Source: Elusimicrobiota bacterium (lineage in GTDB: Bacteria > Elusimicrobiota > Elusimicrobia > UBA1565). Taken from it: a DNA stretch of 64,000 nt. The stretch spans positions 42,608-106,607 of the forward strand of contig JACRDU010000094.1 of NCBI GenBank assembly GCA_016218495.1. Reading direction: 5' to 3'. Below, piece after piece: positions 56,619 to 64,000 of the stretch (positions are counted from its first letter, which is position 1; the number at the start of each line of letters is the position of its first letter). The position numbers and the translations under genes are program-made. Under the pieces are notes generated by a model, which saw only the letters and a list, made by a program, of their open reading frames with translations, did not search any database and was not told the origin of the DNA.

Positions 56619-58315
56619 GGACGGCCGCCCTCCTGGCCCTCTTGACGGCCTCCGGGCACGCGCGTCCCCCCGCCAAGGCCGCCTCGGACGCCGTCCTCAC
56701 GGCCGCGCTCCGTGAGATGGAACGCTCCCTCGCCGGGCTCTCCCTGGACAACGTGCGCCCATTCCGGCTGTCGTACACCCTGCTGAGCGCCCGCAAGGTC
56801 TCCGCGGAAGCCTCCTTCGGCTCGCTGGAGAGCTCGGCCGTGGAGACCGACCGGCTCGCATCGGCCGACCTGCGCGTCGGGTCGCCCGATTTCGACAACA
56901 CGGATTTCATCGGGGCAGACGGGGGCGGCCACGCCCCCTTCACCATCCAGGTCCCCCAGGAGGACGGCGCCCTCGGTCTCCGCTACGGCCTGTGGTGGAT
57001 GACCGACTCGGCCTTCAAGTCGGCCCACCGGCGCTGGTCCCAGAAGGACGCGTTCCGCCGCGCCAAGAACCTGCCCGAGCTCCTTGCGGATTCCGTCCCC
57101 GCCCCGGTCGCCGTCTACGACGCGGTGGAGCAGGACACCGCCCTTCCCGTGGCGCGGGCCGAAGAGGCCTCACGGGCCGCTTCGGCGGCCCTGCGCGGGA
57201 ACCCGTCCCTCCATTGGGGCCGGGCCGCGGTCCGCTCGGAGGAGGGCCTCCTGCGCTTCCTCGACTCGGAGGGGCGGCGCGTCCGCAGGACCGATGCGCG
57301 CTACGAGGCCCTGATCGCCGCCGAGACCCAGGCCCCCGACGGCATGCCGCTGCGCCAGGAGCGCCGCTTCCTGACCCGGCGCGCCTCCGCGCTGCCCTCC
57401 GACGCCGCCCTCGCCGCCGAAGCCCGGGAGCTGGCCGCGGACCTGGCGGACCTGGCGGCGGCCCCCGGCTTCGAGACGCCCTACATCGGCCCGGTCCTCT
57501 TCGAGGGTCAGGCGGCGGGAGAGTTCTTCCACCAGCTCCTGGCCCGGGGGCTCCAGGCCCCCCGCGAGATGCTCCGCGAGAGCGAGTCGCTGCGCGACGC
57601 GTTCGGCCCCGGCGAGCTCACGGGCCGCCTGGGCCTGCGCGTCGCCGGGAGAATCCTGTCGGCCTATGACGACCCTCTGCGCGAGGAAGAAGGCGGGGTC
57701 CTCCTGTCCGGCTACGCCCCGGTCGACGACGAGGGGGTCCCGGCCCGGCGCATCGCCCTGCTGGAACGCGGAATCCTCAAGGGACTCCCTCTCGGGCGCG
57801 CCCCCGCCCGCAGCCTGAGCGGCTCCAACGGCCACGCCCGCGCGTCGCTCTCCCACCTTCCTTCCCCGCGCGCCGCCTGCCTGTTCGTGGACGCCGAAGG
57901 GAGCCTGGACGCGCAGGCCCTGCGCGCGGAGCTGCTGCGCCGCGCCGGGGACTTCGGCCTCTCCTACGCCGTCGTGGTACGGCGCCTCGCGGGGACATCC
58001 GAGATGCGGGACGGGGACCTGCTGCCGCCTCCGGCCTATGCCCTGAAGGTCTATCCCGACGGCCGCGAGGAGCCGCTGCGGGGCGCGGTGTTCGACGGCG
58101 TGACGATGCGGGCCCTGCGCGATGTGGCGGCCGCCGGCGCCCGGCGCCGCGTCTACAACTACATGCAGCCCGGGCCTTACGGGTCCGCCGACGACGCCGT
58201 CCCGGCCAGCATCGTCCATCCCGACATCCTCGTCACCGAGATGGAGCTGGTGCCCGACGAGCGCGAACCTGACCGGGACCCGGTGCTCCCGAGCCCACTG
58301 GAGGACGCACGATGA
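56615..58315 (+). CDS. Secreted TldE/PmbA-like partner protein (TldD/PmbA family; HExxxH degenerate).
   Basis: The ATG overlaps the upstream stop (ATGA). Signal peptide MRTAALLALLTASGHA. Family motifs FHQLLARG (no Glu after His), GSNGHARAS and the C-terminal TldD/PmbA fold. The N-terminal 580 aa of ORF 54869..58315 are rejected. Confidence 0.7.
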   Translation: MRTAALLALLTASGHARPPAKAASDAVLTAALREMERSLAGLSLDNVRPFRLSYTLLSARKVSAEASFGSLESSAVETDRLASADLRVGSPDFDNTDFIGADGGGHAPFTIQVPQEDGALGLRYGLWWMTDSAFKSAHRRWSQKDAFRRAKNLPELLADSVPAPVAVYDAVEQDTALPVARAEEASRAASAALRGNPSLHWGRAAVRSEEGLLRFLDSEGRRVRRTDARYEALIAAETQAPDGMPLRQERRFLTRRASALPSDAALAAEARELAADLADLAAAPGFETPYIGPVLFEGQAAGEFFHQLLARGLQAPREMLRESESLRDAFGPGELTGRLGLRVAGRILSAYDDPLREEEGGVLLSGYAPVDDEGVPARRIALLERGILKGLPLGRAPARSLSGSNGHARASLSHLPSPRAACLFVDAEGSLDAQALRAELLRRAGDFGLSYAVVVRRLAGTSEMRDGDLLPPPAYALKVYPDGREEPLRGAVFDGVTMRALRDVAAAGARRRVYNYMQPGPYGSADDAVPASIVHPDILVTEMELVPDEREPDRDPVLPSPLEDAR

Positions 58316-58677
58316 GCGGAGCGATTCAGTTGAACGGGGTGGAATGCCGGTGCAAGGTCGGGGTCCCGGACTGGGAGCGCCGCAAGCGCCAGCGCATCCT
58401 GCTGGACCTCATCGTCACCGCGGACCTGCGCGCCGCGGCCCGCTCGGACGACCCGAAGGACTCCCCGGACTATCACGGCCTCGAGAAGGCCGTGCGCGCC
58501 GCCGTCGAAGGCGGCGAATTCCGCCTCCTCGAGCGCCTGTCGGAAGCGGTCGCCGACGCCGCCCTCTCCTTCGACCGCCGCATCCAGGCCGTCGCCGTCT
58601 CCGCCCGCAAGCGGCCCGCCGTCATGAAGCGCACCCAGGAAGTCGTCGTCCGCCTCTCCAAAGCGCGCCGGCCCTAG
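58312..58677 (+). CDS. folB: Dihydroneopterin aldolase.
   Basis: 121 aa; …GVPDWERRKRQRILLDLIV…DYHGL… matches the FolB family. The ATG overlaps the upstream stop (ATGA). Confidence 0.7.
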   Translation: MSGAIQLNGVECRCKVGVPDWERRKRQRILLDLIVTADLRAAARSDDPKDSPDYHGLEKAVRAAVEGGEFRLLERLSEAVADAALSFDRRIQAVAVSARKRPAVMKRTQEVVVRLSKARRP

Positions 58678-58787
58678 GCTCCGGGTCGTTGGAATAATAA
58701 CAGGCACGATGGACTAGGTCTTAAGGCCTAAAGACGGGCTTCCCGTACGGCCCGGGCCTTGACGGCCCTCCGGACCCATAATCAGGC

Positions 58788-59891
58788 ATGAACCGGAGGT
58801 GGGCCGTCCTCGCGGCCGTTTTCGCGTTGTGCGCGCCGGCGCGGGCACAAGAACAGCTTTCCCGGGATTTTTCGGCGCTTTCATCCGAGGTGAAGCAGGA
58901 AGGCGAAGACCTGGCCGAGAAGGTCTCCAAGCGCAGCTCGCCCCGCCCCGTCGTCCGCATCCTGAGCTGGAACATCCAGACCTTCGGCGCCTCGGTCAGC
59001 CCGCAGCGCGAGGCCGCCTACGGCGAGATCCTCGGCCAGATGCTGTCCACCACCCGCTCGGCCCGGATCATGGCGTTCCAGGAGATCGCCAACGCCACCG
59101 GGGCCGCGAAGGTCTCCGGCCTGCTCCCCGGCGGCACGGACCGCTGGCAGGGCTCCTTCACCAACACCAACGACGGCATGGACAACGGCTTCTTCGCGGC
59201 CAACGACGTGGGCATGGACTGCGAGCGCCCGCTCTTCGCGCAGCAGGGCGAGAACGGCCGCTGGCGCAGCGACAAGGAGCAGATGGCGCATCCGCCGCGC
59301 GCCGCCCACATCCGGGTCGGCGACCTGGACTTCACCCTAATCACCATCCACCTGACCTTCAAGGGCGGGGACACCCGCGAGAGCGGCCGCGAGCTGTGGA
59401 ACCTGATGAACTGGCTGGCCCAGTACCTCTCCAAGGACGGCGCCGACCCGGACGTCGTCATCGCGGGGGATTTCAACATCCCCACCAAGAAGGGCTCCTC
59501 CGGCGGGCTCACCATCGAGGACTTCGTGGGCAAGCACCCCACCTTCGGGTCCCCGCAGGCCACGGCCGGCGGGCGCCTGGCGCCCTGGGCGCTGGTCGCC
59601 CTCGTCGACGAGGCCACGTCGCGCAACCGCGAGGGCAAGCCGGTCAACAACTACGACCACTTCGTGATGACCGGAGACCTCTACAACGAGGAGTACGCCC
59701 TCAACTCGGCCGGGGTCGTCCCCCACGACTACATGCACTCGATGGAGCAGCGCCACGGGGTGCTCGTCTCCGACCATTATCCGATCTCCGCGGGCTTCTA
59801 CACCTCCGGAGCCGGCAACGACGGCCGCCCCATCGCCGCGGACGGGGACACGGCCTGCCGGGTCCTGCTGTCGATGGCGCCGTTGCAGTAG
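58788..59891 (+). CDS. Secreted endonuclease/exonuclease/phosphatase (EEP) family protein.
   Basis: Signal peptide MNRRWAVLAAVFALCAPARA. EEP motifs …VRILSWNIQTFG…, …IMAFQEI…, …VIAGDFNIP…, …SDHYPI…. Confidence 0.7.
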   Translation: MNRRWAVLAAVFALCAPARAQEQLSRDFSALSSEVKQEGEDLAEKVSKRSSPRPVVRILSWNIQTFGASVSPQREAAYGEILGQMLSTTRSARIMAFQEIANATGAAKVSGLLPGGTDRWQGSFTNTNDGMDNGFFAANDVGMDCERPLFAQQGENGRWRSDKEQMAHPPRAAHIRVGDLDFTLITIHLTFKGGDTRESGRELWNLMNWLAQYLSKDGADPDVVIAGDFNIPTKKGSSGGLTIEDFVGKHPTFGSPQATAGGRLAPWALVALVDEATSRNREGKPVNNYDHFVMTGDLYNEEYALNSAGVVPHDYMHSMEQRHGVLVSDHYPISAGFYTSGAGNDGRPIAADGDTACRVLLSMAPLQ

Positions 59892-59917
59892 GCTCTCAAC
59901 CCTAATACAATCCCCTG

Positions 59918-62158
59918 ATGCGGCCGGTGGGCGAAAGCGCTCCGCGCAAGGACGGTCCCGACAAGCTCTGCGGGGCCGCGCGCTACATAGACGACCACCC
60001 CATCCCCGGGGCCCTCTTCGGAGTCACCGTGCGCTCCCGCTCGGCTTCGGGCCGCATCAAGGGGGTCCGCTTCGACCCCTCCTTCCCCTGGGCGGAGTGC
60101 GTGGTGGCCGACGCCCGCGACATCCCGGGCAAGAACGCCGTCCACCTGCTCGGGGACGACCAGCCGCTCCTCGCCGACGGCGTCGTGCGGCACGCCTTCG
60201 AACCCGTCCTCCTCGTCGGCCACCCGGACCGGGCGACGGCCTGGCGGGCCCTCGAGAACGTAACGCTCGAGATAGAGCCGATCGAGCCGGTGCTGACGAT
60301 GGAGGACTCCGTCTCCCGCAAGCGCGTGATCTGGGGCGACGACAACGTCTTCAAGACCATCACCATCAAGAAGGGCGACGCAGCCGCCGCGCTCGCCCAA
60401 GCCCCCGTCGTCGTCGAAGGCGTGTACCGCGTCCCCCATCAGGAGCAGGCCTACATCGAGAACCAGGGGATGTCGGCCTGGTTCGAGGAAGACGGCACCC
60501 TCGTCGTGATGGGCTCGCTGCAGTGCCCCTACTACGTCCACAAAGCCCTGCAGCCCATCTTCGCCCTGCCCGCGGAGAAGGTCCGCGTCATCCATGCGGT
60601 GACCGGCGGCGGCTTCGGCGGCAAGGAGGAATACCCCAACATGCTGGGGGGGCACGCCGCCCTCCTGGCCCTGAAGGCCAAGCGCCCGGTGAAGATGATC
60701 TATGACCGGACCGAAGACATGCAGGCCACCACCAAACGCCATCCGGCGGTGGTCCGCCACCGCACCGGGCTGACCAAGGACGGCCGCCTGCTGGCCCAGG
60801 AGATAGACATCCTGATGGACGGCGGGGCCTACATGACCCTCTCCCCCGTCGTCCTCTCGCGCGGCATCCTGCACGCCACCGGCCCCTACGAATGCCCGAA
60901 CGTCTCGGTCCTGGCGCGCTCCGTCGCCACCAATACGCCGCCCAACGGGGCCTTCCGGGGCTTCGGCGCCCCGCAGACCCTCTTCGCGGCCGAGATGCAC
61001 TGGGAGAAGATCGCCTCGGTCCTGGGCAAGGACCCCGTCGACCTGCGCCGGCGCAACGCCGTCAAGGTCGGCTCCGTCCTCGCCACGGGGCAGGTCCTCA
61101 AGGAGAGCGTCAGCGCCGGGAAGGTCCTCGAGACGGCGGTCAAGCGCTCGAATTGGACTGCCGCGCGGCGCGCGCACGCCCGCTGGAACAAGGACCCCGG
61201 GAAGCCGACCTGGCGCGGGCTGGGCCTCTCGCTGGTCCACCACGGGGCGGGATTCACGGGCAACGGCGAGGTCTACCTGAAGAGCCGGGCGGGGCTCGCC
61301 ATCGACCGCGCCGGCCGCGTCACCGTCCTGGCCGGCTCCACCGAGATGGGGCAGGGCGCCTCGAGCACCCTGGCGCAGATCGCCGCCGACGCGCTGGGCG
61401 TCCCCTACGGCTCCGTCTCCGTCGAAAGGCCCGACACGGCGCGCGTTCCGGACAGCGGGCCGACGGTGGCCAGCCGCACGACGATGGTGGTGGGCGGGCT
61501 GGTCCGCCGCGCAGCCTCCGACCTCCGCACGGCCCTGGCCAAGGCCGCCGGCCGCGCCCCGAGCGGCGCGCCGGCCTTCCGGCGCGCCGCCCGCAAGCTC
61601 TGCGGCGCCGCCTCGGAGCGCCGTTTCCTGGCCGAGTACGAGCGGCCGGCCGGCCTGACCTTCGACGACGTGAACTACGTCGGCGACGCCTACGGCTCCT
61701 ACGGCTTCGCGGCCTGCGCCGTGGAGCTCGAGGTCGACCGGACGACCTTCGAGGTCCGCCTGCTGCGCGTGTTCACCGCCCAGGACGTCGGCAAGGCCGT
61801 GAACCCCCGCGTGGTCGAGGGCCAGATCGCGGGGGGGACCGTGCAGGGGCTGGGCTGGGCCCTGCTCGAGCAGTGCGTGTACAAGGACGGCGCCCTGCAG
61901 AACCCCCGCCTGACAGACTACGTCATCCCGACGGCGCTCGACGTGCCCGACATCGAGGTGGCCATCGTCGAGGACCCGTACTCCTGCGGGCCCTTCGGGG
62001 CGAAGGGCGTCGGCGAGATGCCGATGGACCCGCCCGGGCCGGCCGTGGCCGCGGCGGTATTCAACGCCACCGGGCTCTTCCTGCCGACCCTGCCCATCCT
62101 GCCGGAGAGGATTCAGGAAGCCGCCGACGAGGAAGCGGCCCGGAGGGCCCTGAAATGA
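59918..62158 (+). CDS. Xanthine dehydrogenase / aldehyde oxidase family molybdopterin-binding large subunit.
   Basis: 746 aa. N-terminal Ald_Xan_dh_C hammerhead (…KLCGAARYIDDHPIPGALFG…) and MoCo-binding domains (…GGGFGGKE…, …AFRGFGAPQ…, …GKAVNPRVVEGQI…GLGWAL…). Confidence 0.85.
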   Translation: MRPVGESAPRKDGPDKLCGAARYIDDHPIPGALFGVTVRSRSASGRIKGVRFDPSFPWAECVVADARDIPGKNAVHLLGDDQPLLADGVVRHAFEPVLLVGHPDRATAWRALENVTLEIEPIEPVLTMEDSVSRKRVIWGDDNVFKTITIKKGDAAAALAQAPVVVEGVYRVPHQEQAYIENQGMSAWFEEDGTLVVMGSLQCPYYVHKALQPIFALPAEKVRVIHAVTGGGFGGKEEYPNMLGGHAALLALKAKRPVKMIYDRTEDMQATTKRHPAVVRHRTGLTKDGRLLAQEIDILMDGGAYMTLSPVVLSRGILHATGPYECPNVSVLARSVATNTPPNGAFRGFGAPQTLFAAEMHWEKIASVLGKDPVDLRRRNAVKVGSVLATGQVLKESVSAGKVLETAVKRSNWTAARRAHARWNKDPGKPTWRGLGLSLVHHGAGFTGNGEVYLKSRAGLAIDRAGRVTVLAGSTEMGQGASSTLAQIAADALGVPYGSVSVERPDTARVPDSGPTVASRTTMVVGGLVRRAASDLRTALAKAAGRAPSGAPAFRRAARKLCGAASERRFLAEYERPAGLTFDDVNYVGDAYGSYGFAACAVELEVDRTTFEVRLLRVFTAQDVGKAVNPRVVEGQIAGGTVQGLGWALLEQCVYKDGALQNPRLTDYVIPTALDVPDIEVAIVEDPYSCGPFGAKGVGEMPMDPPGPAVAAAVFNATGLFLPTLPILPERIQEAADEEAARRALK

Positions 62159-62613
62159 TCCGCCTGAGCGTCAACGGCCGCCGCCGCGCCTACGCCGGCC
62201 CCCCCTTCGCTCGCCTGATCGACGCGCTGCGCGAGGATTGGGGCCTGACCGGGACGAAGGAAGGCTGCGGCGAAGGCGAGTGCGGGGCCTGCACCGTGCT
62301 CATCGACGGGGAGCCGGCCAACGCCTGCCTGGTCCCGATGGGCCAGCTCGACGGCGCCCGCGTGGAGACCGTGGAGGCCCTCGGGACCCCCGAGCGCCTG
62401 AACCGCCTGCAGCGGGCCTTCGCCGAGAAGGGCGGCGCCCAATGCGGCATCTGCACGCCGGGGATGCTCATGGCGGCGGAAGCCCACCGGCGCGCCAAAG
62501 GGCGCAAGGACCGCGAGGGCATCTGCCGCGCCCTGTCCGGGAACCTCTGCCGCTGCACCGGCTACAAGCACATCATCGAGTCGGTCTCCGCCGCGCTCAA
62601 GGGGAAGAAGTGA
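62155..62613 (+). CDS. (2Fe-2S)-binding small subunit of the molybdo-hydroxylase.
   Basis: The ATG overlaps the large-subunit stop (ATGA). Cys cluster I CGEGECGACTV and cluster II CGICTPG…CRCTGY. Confidence 0.85.
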   Translation: MIRLSVNGRRRAYAGPPFARLIDALREDWGLTGTKEGCGEGECGACTVLIDGEPANACLVPMGQLDGARVETVEALGTPERLNRLQRAFAEKGGAQCGICTPGMLMAAEAHRRAKGRKDREGICRALSGNLCRCTGYKHIIESVSAALKGKK

Positions 62614-62630
62614 GGGGCGACGCCGGCTCG

Positions 62631-63479
62631 ATGACCTACCTCCGGCCCCGGGACCCCGAAGAGGCGCTCCGGCTGGCCGGCGAGTGCCCCGACGCGCTGG
62701 CGCTGGCCGGCGGCACCGACATCATGGTCGCCTGGAACGCGGGGCGCCTGAACGGGAGGTCCATCCTCGACCTCTCCGGGCTGGACGACTGGCGCCGCGT
62801 CAGCACGACGCGCGACGGCATCGACATCGGCGCGCTGGTCACCCACGCCCAGCTCATCCGCCATCGGGAACTCGCCGCCGGGTGGCCCCTGCTCGCGGCC
62901 GCCTGCGCCACCGTGGGCGGGCCCCAGATCCAGGCCCGCGGCACCCTGGGCGGGAACATAGCCAACGCCTCGCCGGCAGGGGACACCTTCCCGGCCCTCG
63001 CCGTCTACGAGGCCCGCGTCCGGGTCCGGTCCAGCCGCGGCGGCCGGGAGCTCCCCTTCGCCGAGGTCTTCGCCGGGGTCAAGCGCACGCACCTGGCCCC
63101 CGGCGAGCTGATAGTCTCGGTCCATCTCCCCCGCCCGCCGGAGCCCGACCGCCAGCTCTTCCGCAAGGTCGGCACCCGCGCGGCCCAGGCCATCTCCAAG
63201 GCCGTTGCGGCGGGGCTCCTGTGGACCGACTCCGGCGGCTCGGTCCGCGAGCTGCGCTTCGCCCTCGGCTCGATGGCGCCCACGGTCCGGCGCCTGCGCC
63301 GTGCCGAGGAGTTCCTGCGCGGACGGCGCCTGGACAAGGGGGTCGTCTCCGAGGCGGCCCGCCTGCTCGAGGAAGACGTCTCCCCCATCAGCGACGTCCG
63401 CTCGACGGCCGCCTACCGCCTGCGCGCCTCTCAGAACATCCTGAGAGGGTTCCTGGAGGGCCGTCTTGAAACACCTTAG
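62631..63479 (+). CDS. FAD-binding medium subunit of the molybdo-hydroxylase (CoxM/XdhB-like).
   Basis: MTYLRPRDPEEALRL…LAGGTDIMV…GTLGGNIANASPAGD (FAD-binding PCMH fold). An alternative GTG start at 62610 overlapping the small-subunit stop is possible. Confidence 0.8.
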   Translation: MTYLRPRDPEEALRLAGECPDALALAGGTDIMVAWNAGRLNGRSILDLSGLDDWRRVSTTRDGIDIGALVTHAQLIRHRELAAGWPLLAAACATVGGPQIQARGTLGGNIANASPAGDTFPALAVYEARVRVRSSRGGRELPFAEVFAGVKRTHLAPGELIVSVHLPRPPEPDRQLFRKVGTRAAQAISKAVAAGLLWTDSGGSVRELRFALGSMAPTVRRLRRAEEFLRGRRLDKGVVSEAARLLEEDVSPISDVRSTAAYRLRASQNILRGFLEGRLETP

Positions 63480-64000
63480 GACGGTCCTCGAACCCGAGTC
63501 CATCGCCCCCATCCTCGCCGCGCTGGCGGACGCCGAAGACGGCTTCCTGCTGCGTCACCCCGGGCACGGAGGGGAGCGCAGGCCCGTCCATGTCCTCTAC
63601 GGCGGGGCGCACCTGTTCTCCTCCGACACGCCCTCCAAACTCGGAACGCTCGCGCGCAAGGCCCTCGACTCCCGGCTGCCCGACGCCGCCGCGCTCGAGC
63701 GCGTGCTGGGGATCGACCCGCGCTTGGCTGGGCGCGTGCGTGAACGCGTCGTTGAAAAGCTCGTCCGGGAGCCGGTCGAGGACTTCCGCATCGACTTCGA
63801 GGACGGCTACGGCCCCCGTCCCGACGCGGAGGAGGACGCCCACGCCCTCGGCGCCGCGGTCGAGACCGCGGAAGGCATGCGGCGGGGGACCCTGCCGCCG
63901 TTCATCGGCATCCGGATCAAGCCTCTGACGACCGAGCTGTCCGCCCGGGCGGCCCGCACCCTCGACGTCTACCTCTCCACCCTGCTGGCCGAGGTCCGCG
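63466..64000 (+). CDS. Hypothetical protein, partial; the 3' end lies beyond the window. It possibly has an aldolase / citrate-lyase-like fold.
   Basis: TTG start preceded by GGAGGG. Translation LKHLRTVLEPESIAPILAALADAEDGFLLRHPGHGGERRPVHVLYGGAHLF…DFRIDFEDGYG…, an open frame to the window end. It is in the same operon position as molybdo-hydroxylase accessory genes. Confidence 0.35.
   Translation, partial: MKHLRTVLEPESIAPILAALADAEDGFLLRHPGHGGERRPVHVLYGGAHLFSSDTPSKLGTLARKALDSRLPDAAALERVLGIDPRLAGRVRERVVEKLVREPVEDFRIDFEDGYGPRPDAEEDAHALGAAVETAEGMRRGTLPPFIGIRIKPLTTELSARAARTLDVYLSTLLAEVR

Noticed and set aside
54869-58315. 1148-aa plus-strand ORF.
   Set aside because: The N-terminal ~580 aa are low-complexity shadow of the TldD-like gene frame. 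The real protein begins at MRTAALLALL (56615) with a signal peptide and an ATGA overlap.
58678-58787. 110-nt intergenic region after folB, checked for a tRNA/ncRNA or terminator.
   Set aside because: No cloverleaf-compatible arms or clean hairpin plus U-tract were found by eye. An RNA scan (tRNAscan / Infernal) is needed to be sure.

Overview
This is a ~70% GC window from a diderm bacterium, inferred from lptD, pal-cpoB-tolB and a T9SS-type cargo gene. On composition and T9SS presence it is most likely a high-GC member of the FCB superphylum. Spurious shadow ORFs (Arg/Gly-rich translations) are common because of the GC content. Real genes were picked by hydrophobicity and motif content, and starts were re-derived, often as ATG, GTG or TTG with 4-nt ATGA/GTGA stop-start overlaps.

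Layout, left to right:
- **1-2309 (-):** a bd-type oxidase-like operon; subunit I carries a C-terminal c-type haem domain.
- **2375-8714:** a polytopic membrane protein and a cluster of small secreted or membrane proteins (HExxH mini-protein, lipase-like alpha/beta hydrolase, Cys-rich protein, M48 peptidase).
- **8729-9808 (+):** a PAS histidine kinase.
- **9798-25332 (-):** a 13.1-kb gene for a 4360-aa T9SS-CTD surface protein with SBBP repeats, a 7-blade FG-GAP propeller, three Kelch propellers, a beta-helix and many FN3 modules. It contains a ~1.65-kb internal tandem duplication. It is translationally coupled to a PorV-like barrel fused to a TPR domain, followed by a DUF4339-type membrane protein.
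- **25481-33492:** a hypothetical membrane-anchored protein, an orphan OmpR-type regulator, pal-cpoB-tolB, an ABC-2 transporter and a secreted Pro-rich/glycine-zipper protein.
- **33615-36186 (-):** epimerase-rfbB-tdk.
- **36253-37828 (+):** a DnaJ-domain membrane protein and ldh.
- **37835-51252 (-):** a long co-directional housekeeping array: lptD-folC-murA, prmC-prfA, rpmE, rho-coaE-rhomboid-polA, tlpA-trxA.
- **51343-54788 (-):** a signal-peptide protein with acidic repeats, an M50 site-2-protease domain and a C-terminal S8 subtilisin, coupled to a CheY-like receiver.
- **54930-64000 (+):** a secreted TldD/TldE-like pair coupled to folB, an EEP nuclease/phosphatase, a molybdo-hydroxylase L-S-M operon and a partial final gene.

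No rRNA, tRNA, CRISPR array or transposase was seen. The most distinctive loci are the giant cargo/PorV-TPR/DUF4339 operon and the M50-S8 dual-protease/REC module next to secreted TldD/E.
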